From: a bacterium
Lineage (GTDB): Bacteria > Patescibacteriota > Minisyncoccia > Minisyncoccales > GWA2-46-15
Reading direction: 5' to 3'
DNA: 64,000 nucleotides
Assembly (NCBI GenBank): GCA_030693425.1
Contig: JAUYAM010000001.1
Span: 10,858-74,857, forward strand
The notes beneath the pieces were generated by a model that did not search any database, had not been told where the DNA came from, and saw only the letters and a list, made by a program, of their open reading frames with translations. The position numbers and the translations under genes are program-made. The number at the start of each line of letters is the position of its first letter. Within the stretch, counting starts at the first letter, position 1. Shown in pieces: positions 1 to 9,021 of this stretch.

Positions 1-186
1 AATTAAACCCCTAAATTCTGCTTCCGGAACAGTCATTTCTCCTAAATATTTTTTGAATTCAAACTCTTCACCCCTCTCGTCTATCACCAAAACTCCGCAA
101 GAAGACTTGCCTTTAGTTAAACGACCCTTGATGTGAGCATCGGGTATGTAAACTCTTGCATCAACTATTATTTTTGCCTTACTCAT
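1..186 (-). CDS. RNase H-like protein, N-terminal part (gene runs off the window start)
   Basis: ATG at 186 on the minus strand. Translation MSKAKIIVDARVYIPDAHIKGRLTKGKSSCGVLVIDERGEEFEFKKYLGEMTVPEAEFRGLI resembles the core of RNase HI-type domains (xAExxALI). Truncated, so absent from the ORF track. Confidence 0.35.
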   Translation of the reverse strand, partial: MSKAKIIVDARVYIPDAHIKGRLTKGKSSCGVLVIDERGEEFEFKKYLGEMTVPEAEFRGLI

Positions 187-202
187 TGATTTCCTTTTCA
201 AA

Positions 203-223
203 TAAAAATCCGGGTTGCCCCGG
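203..223 (-). terminator. Intrinsic terminator after the R-M/vsr genes
   Basis: Hairpin CCGGG-TTGC-CCCGG at 210-223, followed on the minus strand by ATTTTTATTT. Confidence 0.5.
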
Positions 224-309
224 CTGAATAATCTAAGTAATTCTCGTCAGGGCTTTTCGCCCCTGCTTTTTATCGCATTATTTAATCATAGAATATTTCG
301 ATTCTAAAG

Positions 310-714
310 TCAAGATAAAAATTTGATGATTTTTTCTACTGCTTTATCTAAATCTTTTTCAATTTCATGCTCCCATACTCTTAAGATTTTCCACCCTTCT
401 TTTCTAAGTTTTTGACGATATTTTTTATCTCTTTTGATGTTCCTTTCGATTTTTGGAATCCAAAATTTTTTTGGTAACCGTCCCTCTAATTTTGTGAATT
501 GGTACCCATGCCAAAAATCCCCATCTAGAAAAATGACCTTCTTTTTAGAAGGCGAAGAGATATCTGGCGTGCCTAAAATATTACTCAGATGTTTTTGAAA
601 GTATATTTTTTTCTGGTTTAATTTCTTAAAAACCGCTTTTTCAATTTTAGTATTTTTTTGCTTTATAGAAGCCATTATCCGGCTTCTTACCGCCTTGGGA
701 AATATGTCTGCCAT
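310..714 (-). CDS. vsr: Very-short-patch repair endonuclease Vsr
   Basis: About 134 aa, with a DGDFWHGY motif and a basic C-terminus typical of Vsr. It lies 2 nt downstream of the m5C methyltransferase stop. An alternative GTG start exists at 720. Confidence 0.85.
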   Translation of the reverse strand: MADIFPKAVRSRIMASIKQKNTKIEKAVFKKLNQKKIYFQKHLSNILGTPDISSPSKKKVIFLDGDFWHGYQFTKLEGRLPKKFWIPKIERNIKRDKKYRQKLRKEGWKILRVWEHEIEKDLDKAVEKIIKFLS

Positions 715-716
715 AA

Positions 717-1964
717 TCACAACAATTTAATTTGGGTAATTTCATTGGCCATTTCCATTGTCTTAAAATCTGGCTTCTTTTCAAGCATCGCAATTATGCA
801 CCTTCCCAAATGGTAAGCCAAATTTACAGGAACAGCGTTCCCGATTTGACGATATTGGGATGCTATAGAACCAATAAATCTCCAACTGTCGGGAAATGTT
901 TGTATCCTTGCATATTCCCTTACCTTTAATGGCCTTGTTTCTTCGGGATGACAACGCTCGGTCTGTTTCTGCGCAGGGTTGCAAGTGAGGGTCAAAGAAG
1001 GTTCATCCCAGGACAATCTCCTTGCCATACCTGTCTTCCCTCCCCCCATATAGAAACTCGCCCCCATATACTCTTTCTGGAGTTCAATTGGTAAGTCCCT
1101 CCAATATCCACCCGGCTTAACATATGCCATTATTTCTTTTTTCCTTGGTGTATATTTTTGACCTATAGATTCGGGGCAATTAGCTAACGCCTCCTTTATT
1201 GTGACAATATAATTTTTCTCCTTTGGATAAAGAATGGGCAATTTTAAATCTTTCTTAGCACCTAGAATAACTAACCTTTCCCTTTTTTGGGGAACATCGT
1301 GATATTGGCTTTTTATCACCTTATATCTTACATTGTAACCAAGTTCATCCAAGATCTTAATTATAGTATCTAAGGTCTTGCCTCCGTCATGCTTCAATAA
1401 ACCCCTGACATTTTCACCCATAAAGATTTTAGGCTGGACTTCCTTGATACACCTTGCAAACTCAAAAAACATCGTCCCCCTTATGTCGTCAAAGCCTAAC
1501 CTTTTACCGGCATAACTAAAAGCTTGACAAGGGAAGCCCCCTTCAACAATTTCCGTCTTGCCCTTAAATTTTTTAAAGTCTATTTTTTTAATATCTTCTT
1601 TAATGACATTCCAGTTTGGTTTATTCTCTTTTAAGGTCTTGGTAGAATCAGAATCAAAGTCGTTCAGCATTACGTGCCCGAGGCCTGCATTGTGAAAACC
1701 CAAAGCAGTACCACCTGCCCCAGCAAAAAGCTCAAGAACTTGATAACCAGTTTTTTTATTGGTTTTTAAAATTTTATAGTTATTTGTATCTGACTTACCA
1801 AAAAATTTATCATGAACCCTTTTGACTTCTGCCAAATCAAAAACCCTATAATTTAAATTACTGCGTTGCCCCCGAATCAAGCTCTTTTTCTCCCACCTTC
1901 TGATCGTATCGACAGAAACACCAATTTTTTGTGCAGTCTCAGTAATTGTTATTAATCCCGTCAT
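717..1964 (-). CDS. DNA (cytosine-5)-methyltransferase with N-terminal HTH
   Basis: Motif I LELFAGAGGTALGF, motif IV GGFPCQAFSYAG, motif VI ENVRGL, motif X QIGNAVPV. N-terminal ITITETAQKIGVSVDTIRRWEKK looks like a MerR/excisionase-type HTH. Confidence 0.9.
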   Translation of the reverse strand: MTGLITITETAQKIGVSVDTIRRWEKKSLIRGQRSNLNYRVFDLAEVKRVHDKFFGKSDTNNYKILKTNKKTGYQVLELFAGAGGTALGFHNAGLGHVMLNDFDSDSTKTLKENKPNWNVIKEDIKKIDFKKFKGKTEIVEGGFPCQAFSYAGKRLGFDDIRGTMFFEFARCIKEVQPKIFMGENVRGLLKHDGGKTLDTIIKILDELGYNVRYKVIKSQYHDVPQKRERLVILGAKKDLKLPILYPKEKNYIVTIKEALANCPESIGQKYTPRKKEIMAYVKPGGYWRDLPIELQKEYMGASFYMGGGKTGMARRLSWDEPSLTLTCNPAQKQTERCHPEETRPLKVREYARIQTFPDSWRFIGSIASQYRQIGNAVPVNLAYHLGRCIIAMLEKKPDFKTMEMANEITQIKLL

Positions 1965-1984
1965 GTTAGGTTATTATAACACAA

Positions 1985-2011
1985 ATAACCACTGCATTAT
2001 GCAATGGTTAT
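1985..2011. promoter_or_regulatory. Imperfect 27-bp palindrome upstream of the methyltransferase (candidate operator)
   Basis: ATAACCACTGCATTATGCAATGGTTAT has arms ATAACCA/TGGTTAT and TGCA/TGCA. It lies between the endonuclease stop (2032) and the methyltransferase start (1964). Confidence 0.45.
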
Positions 2012-2031
2012 CCACAAGGTTCCTTAGAGAA

Positions 2032-2823
2032 TTAAGGCTTTATTTTCTTAATAAGTTCCGACAATTCTTTACCGAATCCCTCTTTATTAAGCTCCAAAAA
2101 AATCGAGGTAATTTGTTGATAAGTATTATTTAAGCCGGAAATAAAATCCCAAAACTGATTCTCCACAACTGCGTCAACTCCAGGTTCAAGAACGCCTTGG
2201 TTATTAGGCGGATGTATCCAGAAATCGTCATGATAAGGATTGTATGGATAGGCAATTTTACATTCAATAGTAACTTCAGGATCTTTAAATATTCTATAAG
2301 CGTACCATTCCAGTATTTGCTTATTAAAAGACTTTATACTGCCTAAGTTAGGTTGGACAGTCTTTATGTCATACGCATATTCAGTCCCCTCTTTACTAAA
2401 ATATATATCAACACCTGTGCCTGGGGCTGGTGCAATATACTGGATTCCAATCTTACTCAAATGCTCACATATTTTTTTTAAACGCTTTGCACATTCCTGT
2501 ACGCTTATCCAAGTACCCTTATTTTCCCTTAATGTCGTGATGGTCGCTAGCTCAGTTGCTAATTCTTTTGGAAAGGGATCGGGTTTTAAAATCTTACCCT
2601 CTATAACCTTGAAACCGTTATTCTTAGCCAAGGTTTTTGCAATCGGCTGCCAAACGGTTGTCCCCATGCTTGTTTCCAGTCCCCCAACAACTGAACGAAT
2701 TTTCCGCTCTTTAGGTATAAGCAAATCCAGAGGCTGGATATTATCACAGGAAAAATTTGTAACGTATTTACGCAGAGACTGTTTAAGATTCTGCTTTATT
2801 TCTTCACGCAGTTTATTATCCAT
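2032..2823 (-). CDS. Probable type II restriction endonuclease (PD-(D/E)xK; possibly TdeIII-like)
   Basis: Directly upstream of, and co-oriented with, the m5C MTase and vsr. GVDIYF...EYAYDIKTVQPN fits a D...(D/E)xK nuclease motif. The TdeIII-family resemblance is from memory only. ATG at 2823; an alternative GTG start exists at 2874. Confidence 0.5.
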   Translation of the reverse strand: MDNKLREEIKQNLKQSLRKYVTNFSCDNIQPLDLLIPKERKIRSVVGGLETSMGTTVWQPIAKTLAKNNGFKVIEGKILKPDPFPKELATELATITTLRENKGTWISVQECAKRLKKICEHLSKIGIQYIAPAPGTGVDIYFSKEGTEYAYDIKTVQPNLGSIKSFNKQILEWYAYRIFKDPEVTIECKIAYPYNPYHDDFWIHPPNNQGVLEPGVDAVVENQFWDFISGLNNTYQQITSIFLELNKEGFGKELSELIKKIKP

Positions 2824-2901
2824 AATTTTCTCATTGGACTTTTTTATACTCCTACAATATAGATTGGGCGACACAAAAATAGCTTTGAGTCCTCCCCCCG
2901 A

Positions 2902-3618
2902 CTAAAATCCGGTGAAAGACTTAATCACGGAAATGGGAATGGCTTGGACGTTGCCTTCGAGGCCAAGTTCGGCCAGACCGATAATCTCGCCTTCAATATT
3001 AAAAACCGGACTGCCGTTAAAAGCGGACTCTTCTAAGATATTAGTTTCAATCTTGTCAGCGCTGATTGCCTTGATAATCCCCTCATTAACAATCATTTGT
3101 GAACCGTCTTTGCCAAAACGATAACTAATCGCAAAAACCCTTTCTCCTAATTTCAACTCTCCTGAATCGGCAAAACCGATGGTCGTTGAATAATCTACTT
3201 CAAGCTTAATTAGAGCTAAGTTTTCCTTTAAATCTCTTTTTAAAACCTGAAAGGCATAGGACTTGCCTTCGAGGAAAAAGCTAAAAACCTCTCCTTGGGG
3301 AACCAGTTCTGCCAAGGTGACGACCAAGCCGTCGTTGGTAATGACTATGCCCGAACCTTCAAGAATTCCACCGTTTTTCAGCTTTGTCTTTACTCCGACC
3401 ACGGTTTTGGAAACCTTGTCAACCGCTTCTTCTAGAGCCGTATTCTCCTGGATAATCACCTCCTTTCTCTCGGTGACATAGACCGACGGCTGGTCAAGCC
3501 GATACTGATAAAAAAGAGGCCTCTCAATAAAATAAGGCCAGAGTATTTGATCTGCAAAAATGCCTCCGGCGATTCCGAAGACGAAAGTCAGGAGAAGATA
3601 AATAATTTTCATTCCCAT
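2902..3618 (-). CDS. Membrane-anchored trypsin/HtrA-like domain protein, catalytic triad apparently degenerate
   Basis: GSGIVITNDGLVVT and NGSPVFNIEGEIIGL align to HtrA blocks, but TNxHV is TLAELV and GNSGGP is FNGSP. The start was moved to ATG 3618 (MGMKIIYLLLTFVF, a TM helix), 5 nt after the clpB stop. The longer ORF would overlap clpB. Confidence 0.6.
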   Translation of the reverse strand: MGMKIIYLLLTFVFGIAGGIFADQILWPYFIERPLFYQYRLDQPSVYVTERKEVIIQENTALEEAVDKVSKTVVGVKTKLKNGGILEGSGIVITNDGLVVTLAELVPQGEVFSFFLEGKSYAFQVLKRDLKENLALIKLEVDYSTTIGFADSGELKLGERVFAISYRFGKDGSQMIVNEGIIKAISADKIETNILEESAFNGSPVFNIEGEIIGLAELGLEGNVQAIPISVIKSFTGF

Positions 3619-3622
3619 AGAA

Positions 3623-6325
3623 CTAGGCAACCGGAGCTTTTTCTTTGGCTTCTGCCTTGACGTTTTTAATAGATTTTGGCAGGGGAAAAACGATCTTGCC
3701 GTTTTCTTCATCAACCAAAACCGGAACTCCTGATTCTATCTCGGCCGTCACCAGTTTTAAAGCCAGGGGATCTAAGATCAGCTGCTGGATAACTCTTTTG
3801 AGAGGCCGGGCTCCCAGGTTCTGATCAAAGCCTTTGCCAACCAAAAACTCCTTGGCTTTTTCAGAAAATCCGAGCTCAATCTTCTTGGTTTTCAGCCTGG
3901 CAGTAACTTTCCCCAGCTCGAGCTCAACGATCTTCCTGATCTCGTCCTTGCCGAGATAGTTGAAGACAATGATCTCGTCAACCCGATTCAGAAATTCGGG
4001 CCTAAAAGTATCTTTCAAAGCCTGAAGAACCTTGTCTTTCAGGGATTCTCTCATGGAATTGCTTTCGTCTCCGGAAGTAAACCCTAAAGCCGCCTCTCTG
4101 GTGATAATCTCAGACCCAGCATTTGAGGTCATAACCAGAATGGCGTTTTTAAAAGAAGCGACTCTGCCCTTGGCATCGGTTAATCTGCCATCTTCGAGTA
4201 TCTGCAAGAGCATGTTAAAAACCTCGGGGTGGGCTTTTTCGATCTCGTCGAGAAGAACAACGCTGTAAGGGCGCCGGCGGATCTTTTCGGTCAGCTGGCC
4301 GCCCTCTTCGTAACCGACGTAGCCAGGGGGGCTACCTATCATTTTTGAAACCGTATGCTTTTCCATATACTCCGACATATCAAGCCTGATCATGGCGTTC
4401 TCGTCATTAAAAAGGAACCCGGCCAAGGCCCTGGCGGTCTCGGTCTTGCCGACTCCGGTCGGACCCAAGAACATGAAAGACCCCAACGGCCGGTTCTCTT
4501 CTGAAATGCCGACCCGGGACCTGCGAATGGCGTTGGCGATCGCTTTAATGGCTTCGCTCTGGCCGACAACCCTTTTCGTCAGGATCTCCTCAATTCTGGC
4601 CAGTTTTCTGACTTCTTCTTCCATCAGCCTGGTTACGGGAATGCCCGTCCAGCGGCAAACCACTCCAGCGATGTCTTCCTCGTCGACTTCCTTTTTCAGA
4701 ATTGGCTTTATCCTTTGGACTATTGCCAGCTTCCTCTCAGAGCTTCTCAGCTGTTTTAAAAGTCCGGGGATTTTCCCATACTTTACCTCGGCGACCTTCT
4801 GAAGGTCGCCCTGCCTCTGGGCGGCTTCTGCTAAAAATTGAGCTTCTTCAATTTCCTTTCTTAAATCCTTGATTTTATCAACAATCTCTTTCTCGCCTTT
4901 CCACCGGCCCTCGATCGCCTTGATCCTCTCGCTTAAATCAGCTAACTGCCGGGAAACCGTCTTAATTTTCCTGGCAGACCCCTTTTCGTTCTTTAAGGCC
5001 TGCTTTTCAATCTCTAGTTTCTGGGCTTCCCTTTTCAAATTCTCCAGGTCTGCCGGCTCAGACTCCATTTCCAGTTTTAAAGAACTCATGGCCTCGTCCA
5101 TCAAGTCAACTGCCTTATCCGGCAAGAATCTGTCAGGAATATACCTGGCAGACAATTCAGCTGCCGCCCTCAGGGCAAAATCCTTGATTTTGACACCGTG
5201 ATACAACTCGTACTTTTCCCTGATCCCTCTCAAAATCAAAACGGCGTCTTCGATTGAGGGTTCGGCTACGTAAATGGGCTGGAATCTTCTTTCCAGAGCC
5301 GGGTCCTTTTCAACGTATTTCTGATACTCCTTGAGAGTGGTGGCGCCGATCGCCCGCAACTCTCCCCTGGCCAAAGCCGGCTTTAAAAGGTTAGAAGCGT
5401 CAATAGCGCCTTCGGCGGCCCCGGCTCCGACCAAAGTGTGAAGCTCGTCAATAAAAAGGATATAGCGGCCCGAGGCCCGATTAACTTCTTTCAGCAAGGC
5501 CTTGATCCTGTCTTCGAACTCGCCCCGATACTTTGTTCCGGCGATAATCGCGCCCAAATCCAGGGCAATGATTTCCTTGTCTCTCAAGCTCTGAGGAACT
5601 TCTGAATTGATAATCCTTTGAGCTAAGCCTTCAACGACCGCGGTCTTGCCGACTCCGGCCTCGCCGATCAGAACCGGATTATTCTTGGTCCGCCGAGACA
5701 AAACCTGCATCAGCCTCCTGATTTCGTTCTCTCTGCCAATAACCGGATCCAGTTTTCCCTGCCTGGCCAGCTGGGTCAGATTCCTGGCATACTTTTCAAC
5801 CACCTGGTATTTTGACTCCGGTTCCGGATCGGTAACTCTCTGGCCGCCCCTGATCTGGGCCAGGATTCTCAAAGCTGTTTCGTAGTCTAGCTTGCCGAAT
5901 TCAAGAATGGTTGATCCGTCGCCAATGGCGCTGGCTTTCTCTAAGATGTCTTTGGCCCGGGTCGGCACTGCCAGCAGCGCTAAAAATAAATGCTCGACCG
6001 AAATGAATTCGTCTCCCATTTTCATTGACTCCTGCCTGGCCGTTTCCATCACTCTGCCCATGTCCTGGGTCAGATAGAACTGGCCGAAAGCCTGAGGAGC
6101 AACAATCGTTGATATCTTGGCGATCTCCTGATCAACCTTCTTTCTCAAGGCTTCGCTATCGACTCCAAGTTTTTGCAGAAGACTGGAAACAACGCTTTCT
6201 TCTTCAGAAAGCAAAGCCATTAGCAAATGCAGGGCGTCAATCTGCTGCTGGCCCCTTTCTTGAGCGATGTTTTGAGCCCGGAGAATCGTGTCTTGGGCTT
6301 TGCGGGTAAAATTGCCTCCGTTCAC
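3623..6325 (-). CDS. clpB: ClpB disaggregase (two AAA+ modules plus middle coiled coil)
   Basis: Clp N-domain, Walker [11 protein letters not shown] and GPTGVGKTE, and a long coiled-coil M-domain. 900 aa with a GTG start. Confidence 0.95.
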   Translation of the reverse strand: MNGGNFTRKAQDTILRAQNIAQERGQQQIDALHLLMALLSEEESVVSSLLQKLGVDSEALRKKVDQEIAKISTIVAPQAFGQFYLTQDMGRVMETARQESMKMGDEFISVEHLFLALLAVPTRAKDILEKASAIGDGSTILEFGKLDYETALRILAQIRGGQRVTDPEPESKYQVVEKYARNLTQLARQGKLDPVIGRENEIRRLMQVLSRRTKNNPVLIGEAGVGKTAVVEGLAQRIINSEVPQSLRDKEIIALDLGAIIAGTKYRGEFEDRIKALLKEVNRASGRYILFIDELHTLVGAGAAEGAIDASNLLKPALARGELRAIGATTLKEYQKYVEKDPALERRFQPIYVAEPSIEDAVLILRGIREKYELYHGVKIKDFALRAAAELSARYIPDRFLPDKAVDLMDEAMSSLKLEMESEPADLENLKREAQKLEIEKQALKNEKGSARKIKTVSRQLADLSERIKAIEGRWKGEKEIVDKIKDLRKEIEEAQFLAEAAQRQGDLQKVAEVKYGKIPGLLKQLRSSERKLAIVQRIKPILKKEVDEEDIAGVVCRWTGIPVTRLMEEEVRKLARIEEILTKRVVGQSEAIKAIANAIRRSRVGISEENRPLGSFMFLGPTGVGKTETARALAGFLFNDENAMIRLDMSEYMEKHTVSKMIGSPPGYVGYEEGGQLTEKIRRRPYSVVLLDEIEKAHPEVFNMLLQILEDGRLTDAKGRVASFKNAILVMTSNAGSEIITREAALGFTSGDESNSMRESLKDKVLQALKDTFRPEFLNRVDEIIVFNYLGKDEIRKIVELELGKVTARLKTKKIELGFSEKAKEFLVGKGFDQNLGARPLKRVIQQLILDPLALKLVTAEIESGVPVLVDEENGKIVFPLPKSIKNVKAEAKEKAPVA

Positions 6326-6330
6326 AAATG

Positions 6331-6366
6331 AGTATTTAGCATCTAGTATTTAGTATCTAGTATAAT
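6331..6366. repeat. AT-rich tandem repeat (AGTATTTAG/TATCTAG units) in the clpB 5' region
   Basis: agtatttagcatctagtatttagtatctagtataat. The same word family recurs in frame in mfd, tatD and rsmI. Confidence 0.8.
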
Positions 6367-6384
6367 TAAAACAGATTTTAACCG

Positions 6385-6416
6385 AAAAATCAAAAGCTCG
6401 CTCCGTTTGAAGCGAG
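6385..6416 (-). terminator. Intrinsic terminator after htrA
   Basis: Hairpin CTCGCT-N8-AGCGAG at 6397-6416, followed on the minus strand by CTTTTGATTTTT. Confidence 0.6.
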
Positions 6417-6430
6417 GCACCTGCCGAAAC

Positions 6431-7756
6431 CTACTCGCTCCTCTCTCCTAAAATCAAGCTGACCGTGTTTTCCTTGCCGTTTCTCAAGACTTTAAGGGAA
6501 ACCGTTTCTCCCGGGCTGTATTTCTGAATAATCTTTGCCAAAGAGTTTTCCGTGGTCACTTTTTCGTTATTGAATCTGAGGATAATGTCGCCGTCTTTGA
6601 TTCCGACCTTGTCGGCGGCAGAACCCGAAACTACGGCCACGTCTTTGGCAGTTTCGCCGCGGACCACCCAGGCGCCGTAATCTACCGGCAGATTATTTTC
6701 CTCTTTGACCTTATCGTTAATGAGAACGTATCTCACTCCCAAGAAAGGATAAACGATCTTGCCGATGGTTTTCACCTGCTGAATATCCCTTTTGGCGAGA
6801 TTTATCGGTATGGCAAAGCCAATATTCTGGGCCTGCAGGACCGTGGCGGTGTTAATGCCGATAACCTCTCCCCGCAGATTAAGAAGTGGCCCGCCTGAAT
6901 TTCCCTGGTTGATGGCCGCGTCCGTCTGAATGACGTCTTCTAATGTCTCGACAAAACCTCCGCCCGAAGCGGTAATCGTCCGGCCGAGGCCGGAAACCAC
7001 GCCGACCGAAATAGTGTTTCTAAACTCTCCCAGGGCGTTGCCGATAGCGATAACCGTCTGGCCGATTTCCAGTTTCGAAGAATCTCCCAGTTTTACCACC
7101 GCAAAGGGCTTAGGAATAAGGTTCCCGGAATTGTCAGTAACATTTTCCTTTTCGATCTTTAGAACCGCCAGGTCCTGGGCCGGATCTTTGGCCAGGACTT
7201 TGGCCGGGAACTTTCGGCCGTCATTGGTCAAAATCGTGTAATCGGCTTCGGCGTCCAGAACTACGTGTTTGTTGGTCAGAACAATGCCGTCTTCGGAAAC
7301 GATAAAGCCCGACCCGCCGCCGATCTCTTTTTTCTCGGTTCCCTTTTGCCGGTATTGGGGAATTTTAAATTCAAACGGCTGGCCGAAGAAATCATTAAAA
7401 GGCGAGACGTAATACTCTTCAATCACCGGTAAATCCTTGGTGATGATAATTGAAACTACGGCCGGGGAAAAATCTTTGACCACGTTGATGACCGCCTGCT
7501 CCTGGGTGGTCTGAGGGATATATTCTCTGATTATTTCTTTTTCCGAAAGTTCTGGTCCGGGCAGCGCAATTTTCAGTTTTTCCAGATAGGGCTGCAAATA
7601 AGTCTTGACTGCCTCGGGATAAAAGCTGTCGGTCAGAATGCCCGCGGAAAACCCCAGGGCCGCAAAACCGACGACCAGAATAATGACAACCGGCAAAACC
7701 GGAATCCGGACCGGCCGTTTTAAGTATGATTTAATTTTCCCAAAGACTTCTTCCAT
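6431..7756 (-). CDS. htrA: HtrA/DegP-family serine protease with PDZ domain
   Basis: N-terminal TM helix. Triad motifs are intact: TNKHVV (His), DLAVLKI (Asp), GNSGGPLLN (Ser). C-terminal PDZ-like region. Confidence 0.9.
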   Translation of the reverse strand: MEEVFGKIKSYLKRPVRIPVLPVVIILVVGFAALGFSAGILTDSFYPEAVKTYLQPYLEKLKIALPGPELSEKEIIREYIPQTTQEQAVINVVKDFSPAVVSIIITKDLPVIEEYYVSPFNDFFGQPFEFKIPQYRQKGTEKKEIGGGSGFIVSEDGIVLTNKHVVLDAEADYTILTNDGRKFPAKVLAKDPAQDLAVLKIEKENVTDNSGNLIPKPFAVVKLGDSSKLEIGQTVIAIGNALGEFRNTISVGVVSGLGRTITASGGGFVETLEDVIQTDAAINQGNSGGPLLNLRGEVIGINTATVLQAQNIGFAIPINLAKRDIQQVKTIGKIVYPFLGVRYVLINDKVKEENNLPVDYGAWVVRGETAKDVAVVSGSAADKVGIKDGDIILRFNNEKVTTENSLAKIIQKYSPGETVSLKVLRNGKENTVSLILGERSE

Positions 7757-7760
7757 ATCG

Positions 7761-8933
7761 TTAAATATTCTTTAAAGAATTATGGGTTAATGTTTTTATT
7801 ATCCTCTCTTTAGCCAGAACGAGAGCGATATCTCTGGGGTTGCGTTTCCTTTTTAAGCTTTCTCTTAAAACATCCCTGGTGGCTTTCCGGATTTTTTCCT
7901 CAACCGTTTTAAACATGAACTCCGGAGACTTGCCCTGCCACTCGACAAAAGAAGAAATGACGCCGCCGCCGTTGGCGACAAAGTCCGGAACGATCACAAT
8001 CCCCTTTTGCCAAAGCTTATTCTCGATCTTTTCGGGAATCGGAATATTGGCTCCTTCGACAATAATTCTGGCTCTGACTTTCCGCCAATTTTTCTCGTTG
8101 ACGACGTCGGAAACTGCGGCCGGAATCAGAATATCCACCGGCAGTTCATAGATTTTGTCTCTGGCTATAGCTTTGCCGCAGCCAGCCAGCGGCTTTTTTC
8201 TCTTTTTCGCGCTGATAATCTTATTTAAATCTAAACCGTCTTTGTTGAAAATGGCGCCTTCGGCTTCAGAAACGGCCACGATCTTGGCCCCGGCCTCAGA
8301 CAAGTGCTTGGCGGCAAAACTGCCGACGTTGCCAAAACCGGCAACGGCCACGGTCGCTCCCTTTAAATCAAGATTTGAAAGCTCGGCAGCAACCTTGGCA
8401 GCCTCGGCTACTCCAAAACCGGTAGACCCTAGCTCGTGAGGCAAACCGCAGTTGCATTTTTTGGCGACGCAGAAACAAAAATCCTTGGGCTTTCCAGTGG
8501 CTGAATTCCAGATTCCTAGGGCCTGGCTAAACCACTTCATTTCCTGTTCACCCGTGCCAATATCTGGTCCGGCAATATAGTATTTTGGAATAAAAGGCGA
8601 TAAAAGTTTGGCAAAAGCCTGAATAATTTCTTTTTTCTCTTTTAAAGAGAGTTTCCTTGGATCTACCACAATCCCTGCTTTAGCCCCGCCAAAAGGGAGT
8701 TCAAAAAGAGAATTTTTCCAGGTCATGGTTCTGGCTAAACGGAAAAGCTCGCCCAAAGTCAGGTTGGCGGCCATCCTGATTCCCCCCTTGCCAACCCCGA
8801 GAGCTAAATTGTCAATAATCAAAAACCCCTTAAATTTCGGCTTTAAAGAATTAACCTCAACCACGTATTCTGGGCCGAATTCGTCTGCAATGATTTTTTC
8901 TTCTGTTTTCATATTCTCGTTAACTATCATCAA
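7761..8933 (-). CDS. Glu/Leu/Phe/Val-family amino-acid dehydrogenase (glutamate dehydrogenase-like)
   Basis: GKGGIRMA and PFGGAKAGI catalytic blocks, plus a Rossmann motif GFGNVGS. Confidence 0.85.
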   Translation of the reverse strand: MMIVNENMKTEEKIIADEFGPEYVVEVNSLKPKFKGFLIIDNLALGVGKGGIRMAANLTLGELFRLARTMTWKNSLFELPFGGAKAGIVVDPRKLSLKEKKEIIQAFAKLLSPFIPKYYIAGPDIGTGEQEMKWFSQALGIWNSATGKPKDFCFCVAKKCNCGLPHELGSTGFGVAEAAKVAAELSNLDLKGATVAVAGFGNVGSFAAKHLSEAGAKIVAVSEAEGAIFNKDGLDLNKIISAKKRKKPLAGCGKAIARDKIYELPVDILIPAAVSDVVNEKNWRKVRARIIVEGANIPIPEKIENKLWQKGIVIVPDFVANGGGVISSFVEWQGKSPEFMFKTVEEKIRKATRDVLRESLKRKRNPRDIALVLAKERIIKTLTHNSLKNI

Positions 8934-8999
8934 CTATTTTAATCAAAATTCTGTTTTCTGCCAACTGCCATATCTAAAATAGAATTTCATTCTTACAAA

Positions 9000-9015
9000 T
9001 TGAACGTACGTTCAA
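9000..9015. promoter_or_regulatory. Perfect 16-bp palindrome TTGAACGTACGTTCAA
   Basis: Perfect inverted repeat located 7 nt downstream of the glycoside hydrolase stop and 67 nt upstream of the dehydrogenase start. It could be an operator or a hairpin. Confidence 0.4.
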
Positions 9016-9021
9016 AATGTA

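Noticed and set aside
248-272. A plus-strand terminator (CAGGGC-TTTTC-GCCCCTG followed by a T-run).
   Set aside because: No plus-strand gene ends upstream of it within the window and the stem is imperfect, so it is not reported as a feature.
2366-2905. A 179-aa plus-strand ORF.
   Set aside because: It is antisense to the restriction endonuclease candidate and has a hydrophobic, low-complexity shadow-frame composition.
6331-6366. A CIRCE heat-shock operator upstream of clpB.
   Set aside because: The sequence contains TTAGCA but lacks the TTAGCACTC-N9-GAGTGCTAA inverted repeat. It is better described as a member of the AT-rich repeat family.
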